A DNA stretch of 64,000 nucleotides from Elsinoe ampelina. Lineage: Eukaryota. The position numbers were made by a program, and so were the translations under genes. Of the stretch, positions 37,652-46,631 are shown in pieces. Below the pieces are notes generated by a model, which saw only the letters and a list, made by a program, of their open reading frames with translations, was not told where the DNA came from and did no database searches. Each line of letters opens with the position of its first letter. The first letter of the stretch is position 1. The stretch spans positions 1,603,234 through 1,667,233 of the forward strand of contig ML992503.1 in the NCBI GenBank assembly GCA_010093995.1, given 5' to 3'.

Positions 37652-40192
37652 CTACATTGGTGGCAAATCCTCTCTGCAGATCGGACACTGCAGGCGGAAT
37701 TTCATCCAGCCTTCCAGACATTTGGCATGGAAGATGTGGCGACAAGGCGTCAACATGTACGCTCTCCTTGCCAACAAGCCTCCAGCTCCAGCCAAGCCGC
37801 CCTCGGGTGCAGAGTCGGGACCGTGCACATGGACCTCAATCTCCTGCATGCATATGGCGCAATCGAAGACTCGCTTCGTGTTATCCTGGACCTCCTTCGA
37901 TTTCGAAGCAAGCACCGGACTGGCTGGCGTGTGTTCGGTACCTACGGGCAGATTACCGCCCTCTTCGTCCTCATGAAGGACAGCATGATAGTCATAAGCA
38001 GGTGGAACCCAGCGGCTCTTCACGAACCATCGAGGCCCCAAGATTTCCTGACTTGCGAGGAAGAGGCATTGTATCCATAACCACCCGGCCAAAACAGATA
38101 AATCAGTCAGATCCACGTCTGCGAATAAGACGTTTGATCCATAGCCGTAGAAATATGCAAATGGACTGAGTCGCAGTAGTGACTGCCCAATGACAAAATC
38201 CCACCTGAGGGCTCTTCGGCAATTCCGTACAGCATTCCGTACAATTTGAGGGATCCAGAATGAGAGATACAAGAAAGCCAGGACAGTGAAATAGAAACGC
38301 CGTATGGTCGGAGGCCAGGATGTCGCGTTCAACGAAAGGAAGAGGGTAGCGAGAAGTAGAAAGTAGAATCTAGTATACAAAGCCCCAAAAGTGTACGTCC
38401 GTTCGAACGAGGTAGGAGTGGTCGGCGTGGCGGCAGTAACGGGGACCGGTAACCCTGTGGTTCGCGCAGCTGGATCCTCTAGAGGCTCATCCTGGTCGGA
38501 ACCAACGATGATGGGTACAGGACCACCATCGATTGTACGCGGCCGCTCCGTGGTAGGAGGAGCTGGAGCAGGAGCAGGAGCAGGAGCTGGATCTGTGGTG
38601 TTTACCGCAGGAGGTACAGCAGAGATTGGTGCTGGAGCTGCAGCTGCCGCGGCGGCACGTCTCTCACGCTCTCTCCGCTCTCGTTCCGGGGCTTGGATAG
38701 TCCAAATGTCCATCAAGAATCTCATGCCGAAGAAGCTCACGCTGAGAAAAGCCAGGAAGCAGGTCGCAATAAGGAGGACCCAGAGACCAGGCACAAACAG
38801 ACTGATAAGTGCGAATGTCATGGTCGTAAAGCCGTCACCCAGTGCTAGTATGCTGATGGTGTAGAAGCTGATCCTACTTCGCATGGACGGAGTACTAGCC
38901 TCCTTCATCTGTCTGGTGAGTAACCATAGTTGACCACTCAGGACAAAGATGTAGAAGAGGATGTGGTGCCGAGCTTGTTGCTGCTCGACCTCAATCTTGA
39001 TACCGGATAGATGATTGCCGCCCTGGACAGGCTCGTCTGGTGGACCTTTTGATCTGATACTGAAACCGCAATCCGGTGAGAATGCCACCATGGAGAAGCG
39101 CATGTCTAGTGGTCTCGGAACGGCAGCACCAGTAGGAAAGCGAAGTTCGTCCTCGAGGAGATGCAGCACGGTTGCTTGGTGACCTTCCTCTGCGAGCTCT
39201 GGACCGACAGGCAATTGTTGAAGATACAGAACAAGTTCGCAGTGAGGTATGGCAAATGGAGTCTCCGAAGTACCGTCTGTGTTTGAGGTGAACGGCGAAG
39301 ACAGTCGCTGCCTTCCGTCGATCTGCCGAGTGATGGTCTCATTAATGGCTCGAACCACAATACGCTGAGCGAGCTGATAGTAATATGGATTTGAGGTAAC
39401 ATGTGGCAGCCCATACAAACCAGAGAATCTGTGATCCCGTCAGTTACAAGATCATGTCATTTCTGCTCGCACTTACTTCTCGCTGGTCGTGGTCATGATC
39501 ATATGCCCACTCTCCAGGAAATGCACTCCATTGACTTGAGTCTCCCATGATTCATTCGAGCCATCTGTAGAATCGATACCAATCTGCGCCGTGACGAATC
39601 TAGCAACGTGGACGGCTTGCCCATCCAAGGTTCGCCGGGTTTCGGTGAGGAAAGATCGGTCAAACTCTTCGAAGCGTATCCTGGCGTTTCCCTCTCTAGC
39701 AGTCAGATTTCGGGCAAAAGAGGTCAATGGTACATTGCCAAATGGTCCGTCAGGAGCATAGAGACTTATATTAAAGTCCGGTCGCTGTTGAGCAAGGGTA
39801 CCATCATCTCGAGCCCAACCACCATGAACGACACCCGAGACGTTGTTGTAGATGGTCAAGGAATGACCGACAGCCTGTCCGAGAAATTTGTTGCTGTACT
39901 CAGCTCCGAGAGCGTGGCGAGTGAGGCGATCCGCTTTTGTCCGGAACTCATCGAGATATGTCCAAGCAAAGCCAGTATCGTTCCTAAAGCCACTAATGTT
40001 CAACCATTTGTTGTGCGCGGGATCAAGATCACCGAAGACGGTGGCATTCGTGACGTCTAAAGCGTATCGCTCTCGGGCTAGCACATCTTCTACCCTCGCC
40101 CGTTGTGGTATGACCGGAGGTTGTGGATCAGGAGAGAAGATCATGAAAAGAATGATGATGAACGCCACAAAGGCGCGAGGATCGGTAGCCAT
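37652..40192 (-). CDS. TUL1: Golgi transmembrane RING-H2 E3 ligase Tul1/Dsc1, 2 exons
   Basis: Signal anchor, MTTTSEK|FSGLYGLPH, CELVLYLQQ, FSPDCGF, multi-TM region (SFWIPQIVRN) and C-terminal DCAICMQ...YMLTPCRHIFHAKCLEGWMKFRLQCPICREDLPPM. Confidence 0.93.
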
Positions 40193-40308
40193 GTCCGGCT
40201 AGTATCTATTACCACAGCTACCATGTCGACAATTCCGAAAATCTCATGTTGCGTCAAGAGTATAATAATAACAAAAGATGCACAGCCCGGGGCTGATGGC
40301 ATGCCCGG

Positions 40309-40388
40309 AACGCGCTTACCGCGGCTATTTGCTGTTCCAGTCTCAGGCTTCCGCTGAAGTGGGTTGTATTTTCGCGTTTTCTACGCGT
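40309..40388 (+). promoter_or_regulatory. MCB/SCB-like cell-cycle boxes in the short divergent TUL1-PIF1 promoter
   Basis: AACGCG near 40309, TTTTCGCGT at about 40369-40377 and ACGCGT at 40383-40388, immediately upstream of a DNA-replication helicase gene. Confidence 0.5.
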
Positions 40389-40418
40389 CACCCTCACCTT
40401 CAATCACACATACCATGC

Positions 40419-43172
40419 ATGGCAATTTCCGTCCGCGATGATATCTCCTTAGTCCAGCTCTTCCTTCTATTCGTCTGCGCCGCTCTTGCCATTTGCTGGA
40501 TGCTTGGGAGAACAAACTGGTCAAAGGGTCTTCTGCAATCAGTCGGGCTCGCCAGCGGCAACACAATTCAACCCATCATCACTCGTCAGCCATTATCGCG
40601 CAGGACCATGTTCCAACAAGCCGTCGCCAAACACGATGCCAACAGCTCGAAGCAGAAGACCCTGTCCCAGCAGTTGTTCTCAAGCTCACCTCCGCAGCCA
40701 CAGAGTCGCAAGTCTGGTCTCCCGAACTTGGGCAACAGCATATTGAGGCCTAGTCCGTCCTCGGCCCTAAACGCACCATTTAGGAAGCAGGTGCCTTCTG
40801 CAACGACAGGAGATGCGCTAAAGAGATTGTCAGACAGTGGTCAGGGAGTGAAGCGCACGCACAATGGGCTGCAGAAGAGCTTCAGCACGCATGGCGCTTT
40901 CGAGGACACTAGGGGATCCCAGACTAAGCCGATAGTCATCGACGAGATGAAGCCGGTACGATCGTCGGTGCCTCAAGCAACCAACAACGAATTCTTCCAG
41001 GAGGACGATTTCGACAGTGACATTGACCTGGATGTGGAAGATCCGACGTCGAAGGATCTACTGAGATCTTCCGCCACCAAGAAGCACGCTGTAACAGCAA
41101 AGCCTTTTTATCCCACGTTGCCTCGACATCAAGCCGCTAATACAGGACGTTCTACAAGTCCCGGCGACTCTGGCTATGGGTCGCTGCCGCCAGCTGGCGC
41201 CTTGCCACTCAGTACACAGCCGATACCATGGTCTTCATCCCCTCCTGAGCATATCGAGGCGCCTCCCCAAAGGTCACGGCCATCCTATCAGGCAGCTGAG
41301 CCAAGACGATTCGAGCCCTCCTCCGCAAAGACTTCGCACCCTTCTATCACTGGCTTTGTGACACCTGCCAAGCCCGCCAAAAAGCGCACGTTACCTTGGA
41401 ATCTCGCAAAGGAGCAGCAGGAGCAGGCGGATCAGAATGGACCACCACCTCCCCCATCTTATCAAGAGACGCCTCATACCAAGTCACAACAGTTGTGGAA
41501 TCCAACCGCGAGTGCTGTAAAGCAGCAGCAGAAGACATTGAGGGAAGTCAACAAGAAGAAGTCGAAGTTTGTGGAGGCCGAAGAGAATGCGCTCAAGATC
41601 TTGGAGAAAGAGAGGGAGGACAAACAAAGGAAGAAGTACGTGGCAAGGGTGTTCCTCAGCGAAGAGCAACAACATGTTCTTGATCTGGTGGTGGACCACA
41701 AGAAGAGTGTCTTCTTCACTGGGTCCGCCGGTACTGGTAAATCCGTCTTGCTTCGAGAAATTATTGCTACACTCCGGAAGAAGCACATCCGTGAGCCCGA
41801 CAGAGTGGCCGTCACTGCGTCCACAGGACTTGCGGCTTGCAACATTGGCGGTGTCACACTGCACAGCTTTGCTGGGATAGGTCTCGGAAAGGAAGAGGTC
41901 CCGGAGCTGGTCAAGAAGATTCGCCGCAACCAAAAAGCAAAGCATCGTTGGATGCGCACAAAGATTCTGGTTGTAGATGAGGTGTCCATGTTGGATGGTG
42001 ATCTCTTCGACAAGCTGGAAGCCATAGCTCGGCAGATCAGGAACAACGGTCGTCCCTTTGGCGGCATTCAGCTGGTCATCACTGGTGACTTCTTCCAGCT
42101 CCCTCCTGTACCGGACAACAACAAGATCGCCAAATTTGCCTTTGACGCTGGAGCTTGGGCTACCTGTATAGAACACACAATTGGTCTGCATCAGGTCTTC
42201 CGTCAGAAAGATCCAGTCTTTGCTGGCATGCTGAATGAAATGCGTGAAGGACGACTGTCTCAAAGCTCCATCCAAGCCTTTCAGAAGCTGAGTCGTCCGC
42301 TAGACAATGATCTAATCACCACCATGGCTACTGAGCTCTTCCCTACCCGCAACGAAGTCGAAAACGCCAATGCTTCTCGCATGAATCAGCTGGTCGGCGA
42401 GGTCAAGACCTTCGACGCTCGCGATGGTGGCGTCATAGTGGACAAGGCTCAACGTGATCGACTTCTTCAGAATTGCATGGCACCGGAGGTTATTCACCTC
42501 AAGAAGGGAGCTCAAGTCATGTTGATCAAGAACATGGACGAGTCCTTGGTCAACGGATCGATCGGCACCGTGATCGGATTCATGTCCGAGCAGACTTTTG
42601 ACCGCTACTCGCACAACGAGGAAGAATACCTCAGCACCCAAGGCAATACCCTCAAGGACGACGACCCCGTCAAAATGCGCACCAACCAAGCCCGTCAGCG
42701 AATAGAAGACAACTTGCGTGGCTTCGACACGGCTCAAAAGTACCCTGTCGTGCGCTTTACTCTCAACGACAACACCAGTAGAGATTTGCTCTGCCAACGC
42801 GAGACATGGAAGATCGAATTGCCGAATGGAGAGATTCAGGCATCGAGGTCACAGATTCCATTGATCCTGGCCTGGGCACTGAGCATCCACAAGGCGCAGG
42901 GACAAACTCTGGAGCGAGTCAAAGTGGACCTGGGCAAGGTGTTCGAGAAGGGCCAAGCATACGTAGCGCTGTCCCGTGCCACCAGCATGGCAGGACTACA
43001 AGTACTCCGCTTCGACGCCAAGAAGGTCATGGCACACGAAAAGGTGCGCACCTTCTATGCCAATCTCAGCAGGGTCGAGGAGGTAGAGGGTGGAGGCAAG
43101 AAGAAGAGAAAGACAGCCGCTGCCAACTCGGCGAGCGAGTACGAGAACCGCTTTATGAACGGGGACTTGTAG
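40419..43172 (+). CDS. PIF1: Pif1-family 5'-3' DNA helicase; start uncertain (ATG 40419, 40500 or 40608)
   Basis: FFTGSAGTGKS, VTASTGLAACNIGGVTLHSFAGIG, VVDEVSML, PFGGIQLVITGDFFQLPPV, VFRQKD, QIPLILAWALSIHKAQGQTL and GQAYVALSRA. Intronless. Confidence 0.97.
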   Translation: MAISVRDDISLVQLFLLFVCAALAICWMLGRTNWSKGLLQSVGLASGNTIQPIITRQPLSRRTMFQQAVAKHDANSSKQKTLSQQLFSSSPPQPQSRKSGLPNLGNSILRPSPSSALNAPFRKQVPSATTGDALKRLSDSGQGVKRTHNGLQKSFSTHGAFEDTRGSQTKPIVIDEMKPVRSSVPQATNNEFFQEDDFDSDIDLDVEDPTSKDLLRSSATKKHAVTAKPFYPTLPRHQAANTGRSTSPGDSGYGSLPPAGALPLSTQPIPWSSSPPEHIEAPPQRSRPSYQAAEPRRFEPSSAKTSHPSITGFVTPAKPAKKRTLPWNLAKEQQEQADQNGPPPPPSYQETPHTKSQQLWNPTASAVKQQQKTLREVNKKKSKFVEAEENALKILEKEREDKQRKKYVARVFLSEEQQHVLDLVVDHKKSVFFTGSAGTGKSVLLREIIATLRKKHIREPDRVAVTASTGLAACNIGGVTLHSFAGIGLGKEEVPELVKKIRRNQKAKHRWMRTKILVVDEVSMLDGDLFDKLEAIARQIRNNGRPFGGIQLVITGDFFQLPPVPDNNKIAKFAFDAGAWATCIEHTIGLHQVFRQKDPVFAGMLNEMREGRLSQSSIQAFQKLSRPLDNDLITTMATELFPTRNEVENANASRMNQLVGEVKTFDARDGGVIVDKAQRDRLLQNCMAPEVIHLKKGAQVMLIKNMDESLVNGSIGTVIGFMSEQTFDRYSHNEEEYLSTQGNTLKDDDPVKMRTNQARQRIEDNLRGFDTAQKYPVVRFTLNDNTSRDLLCQRETWKIELPNGEIQASRSQIPLILAWALSIHKAQGQTLERVKVDLGKVFEKGQAYVALSRATSMAGLQVLRFDAKKVMAHEKVRTFYANLSRVEEVEGGGKKKRKTAAANSASEYENRFMNGDL

Positions 43173-43240
43173 ACGTCTGTACAGACGATTGCTTATTCTA
43201 TGTAGCATAGCCACGGCGTCTAGACAGTATCATATACCCA

Positions 43241-44395
43241 TCAAGACTCTTCCTTGATCATCTTCTTCAACCTCTGACTCCAATTCTTGTTATACATACC
43301 AAACTCCTTCTCCGCCTCATCCCCTTTCCTCAACCCCAAACCTCCCACCCCGGCCTCGGCCGGCGTCAACATGTTCAACCCATGCGGCTCCTGCGTCAAT
43401 CTCGGAAACACAGTCAGGCAATTATTCCTCCCAATCTTGACCTTATCCCTCGCATTCATATCAACATGCTCATCAAACCACGCACAGCCGTTGGGGATAC
43501 TCTCAAACGGATAATCCACGCTAAACATGACGGCGTCAGCCCCGCATTGCTTCACCGCACACTCCAAGGCGGGCGTGCTAAAGTGCCCGCTGGTGGTGAG
43601 AAACACCTGTGTGCCGAAGTAATCGCTCACCAACCTGTCCCTGCGCATGGGCATCTCGGGGAAGCGGGCGCGGTTGAGCTTGTGGTCGATGCGGTAGAGG
43701 TCGTAGGGTATGTGCTCGCCCATGTGGCCCATGAGGAGCTTGAGGTCGGGGAAGCGATCGAGCACGCCCGAAGTGATGATGCCGAGGACGTGCATGTTCA
43801 CGCGGTTGGCGTAGCCCAGCGCGGAGAAGTCGAGCCAGGGCCGTCCGGACCACATTTGCTCGTGGATGAGTGGGGTCGAGGCGCGCGGGTGGATGTAGAC
43901 TGGTGCGCCCAGGCGGGCGGCCGTGGACCAGAAGGGGTCGTCGTGCGGGTTGTCGTAGAAGAGCATGCCGTTGCCGTCGGCGCCGGTGGACTGGAAGTCG
44001 TTGAGCATGGCGCCGACGAAGCCGCGTTTGGTGGTCATGCAGCGGGTGAGTTCGTCGGCGGCGGTTTGGGGGTCGTGCATGGAGAGGGCGGCGAAGGCGG
44101 CGAAGCGAGAGGGGTTTTTGAGGACTTCGGATTCGAGACGGTCGTTGGCGAGGGTGGCGAGGGCGGCGGCTTTAGTGGGGTCGGTCACACCTTGGCAGCC
44201 GGACGAGGAGAGGGAGAGGATCATGAGCTCGATGCCGTTCTCGTTCATTTGTTTGAGGCGGTTGTCGTGGACGTCGAGGAGGTTCGCGGTGAGGTTGCCG
44301 CCGATTACGCCGGGAGGAGCGAGGGTGTTGGGATCATAGGCTTCGAAGTTCTCGGGGATGGCCCAGCATTCTTCGAGGGCAATCTTTCCATACAT
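43241..44395 (-). CDS. Amidohydrolase-2 family aromatic-acid decarboxylase (2,3-dihydroxybenzoate/gamma-resorcylate decarboxylase-like)
   Basis: MYGKIALEE, FAAFAALSMHDP, GAMLNDFQ, APVYIHPR, LMGHMGEHIP, LTTSGHFST and MFSVDYPFE. Intronless. Confidence 0.9.
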   Translation of the reverse strand: MYGKIALEECWAIPENFEAYDPNTLAPPGVIGGNLTANLLDVHDNRLKQMNENGIELMILSLSSSGCQGVTDPTKAAALATLANDRLESEVLKNPSRFAAFAALSMHDPQTAADELTRCMTTKRGFVGAMLNDFQSTGADGNGMLFYDNPHDDPFWSTAARLGAPVYIHPRASTPLIHEQMWSGRPWLDFSALGYANRVNMHVLGIITSGVLDRFPDLKLLMGHMGEHIPYDLYRIDHKLNRARFPEMPMRRDRLVSDYFGTQVFLTTSGHFSTPALECAVKQCGADAVMFSVDYPFESIPNGCAWFDEHVDMNARDKVKIGRNNCLTVFPRLTQEPHGLNMLTPAEAGVGGLGLRKGDEAEKEFGMYNKNWSQRLKKMIKEES

Positions 44396-46631
44396 GGTGG
44401 TGATTGTGGATGAGGTTGGAATGGACGCACTGGTGCAGATGATGACGAGGAGAAAGGGATACTTGGCCTGCGAATACTTATGAACAAATGCCCAGATATG
44501 CCATGTTGATCACCGCGAGAGAAGTGCCGATGGTCCATCTGGCGTGTGTTGGTCAATCCCTCGACCAGTTTAGGACGTGCCGACAGCCGTCTGAGGTTGT
44601 TTGTCAAAGGTGAGGATCTCTGTGGAAGTGCTTTCAGCAGCCAGCTTTGCAAGAAATTCTTCCCCGCAGCAGACGGCAGCAGAGTGACCGACTCGGAATG
44701 GTGCCGGACAAACCCCGGGGGATGCTCGTTGTGCCATCTTGAATGCCACGTGCTCTTCATCCTTCTGCACCAGAGCCAGCCGCATGCAGCTGCGGGCAGA
44801 CAAAGCGACGTGATGTCGGATGCCGGACTCTCTGATTTGCGCGCTGCACGTGTCCTTGCCGTAAGGCCTTTGTCGGCATACTTCACGTCTTTGTTCCTTG
44901 TCTCGACACACTCCGCATCTGGCATCTTGGATGACTTCTCTCAACGTCAATGAAGCTCCTCTTTCGATAGCGAGTATCAAGACACGGCAATAGCCTGCGA
45001 GGAAACCGCATCGGTACACGATATTCCAGATGCGGCTCCATGTCTCTCGGAAGCCATTCATGAAACCTGAAAGAGCTGTCAGAACAGAGGAGCAAGCTTT
45101 GGTTTCAAGCCTCATACCAGAAAAGCCAGTATCGTGACCGAACATGCGCGGAAGCTCGTGTCGAGCAGGTATGTGAAGCACGGCTATGTCTCGGTTTGAC
45201 GCAGGCTCTACTTGCTGTTCAGCAATAGATTCGGCGAGCGCGAGCCGGCAGTCAAGGCACGAGCCTTTGGAACGGGACGTAGTCGACCTCGCGTGCCGGA
45301 AAGGGCAGGTCAGAGAATTGTCAGAGCAAGACATGAGTTTCATGAGCTCATGTGGCACAGCTTCAGGTGTACGCTTTAGGTCTTCAGACCGTTGACCACG
45401 CCGCATCGACTCAGAGCGACAAGACAATTGTCAAGCATTACTCTATCAACGAGACCATCAACTTTGCTTGAAGGTGACTCGGGAGAATAACATTGCCTTA
45501 TCTCGGCGAGCTGATAGTCAAGCTTGAAGCAGTTCATCTCATTTTGTTACCAGTATGATACTAACGGAATGCATAGGCTTCAAGATGAGGAATCCAACTG
45601 GCTCTTCTGGTTCCGGCGGCCCGTTGAAACGTGTTACCAAATTCTTACAGCTGCCCTCCAGACTTTGCACCCTATACCAACGGCCCCACGAGATTCTGAA
45701 ACCGACATCTATGAGCCCTTCAAGGCTTAGACTGCCGCTGAACGGGATGACCTCAGTGGCCGCGCCGCTCTCGACCCTTCCGTCTCCTCTGCCGTCAGAG
45801 GCTCCAAAGCGGCTACACTAGTCGTTGAAGGCATACTCATCAACAACATACTAGGGCATCTGCCGAAGGCGCAAAGGACAGTCTTCGAGTGCGTGTCTGC
45901 AGCTGTGCTTGAAGCAAGTACTCCACATCCAATCGTTATCGAGCAGGTCAGCCCCCACCCTTGTTAACATCGGACATGTTTGAAAGAGGTCAAGTTGATC
46001 CAACCCGACATTATATGTCTTCTGGTATGCCGAATCCGGTCCAATCTCTCCTTCAAACTCACCAAATAGTCTATTCTGCTTCCCTCAACATTCCATGACC
46101 ATGCTCAATGGAACAAAGAAAACTCGTGGTCAACCCGCATGCAGCCCTGCGTGCGAGCCGCACCCGTTGGCTGTCAGCTCAACGGTCACCAAACACATGC
46201 AGAGAACAAGAGACACTGTCCCAAATGTCGGCTTCGCCTTTTCTAGAATTCACAATATTGTCCAGTCGAGCCCGAGAACCAGGATGATCAGTGACAAGCA
46301 TAACCAACACGGTGGGCTACTCTTTGTCCGTCTCATACACTATCCCCACATTCGTCTTGATCATCCCCGTTATACAGCTTAGCCAGGTACGTCGACGCAG
46401 CTGCGTGTCAAAGACAGCCGTTAGGCCCACACTAGCACCTATTGCCAGTTACAACGGTTCCCATCCGCTTCTATCGATTGCTTTATGGCTTTGTCTCGGT
46501 ATACTATCATTCTCGCTCACCATGTCAGACACGATACTTTCGTATAAGGTGCTCTCCTGTCCCGGAAGCCGATCTACCAACGCCCAAGTCTTCTCGACCT
46601 AGAAGTTGCATACCATACACGACAAGCAACA

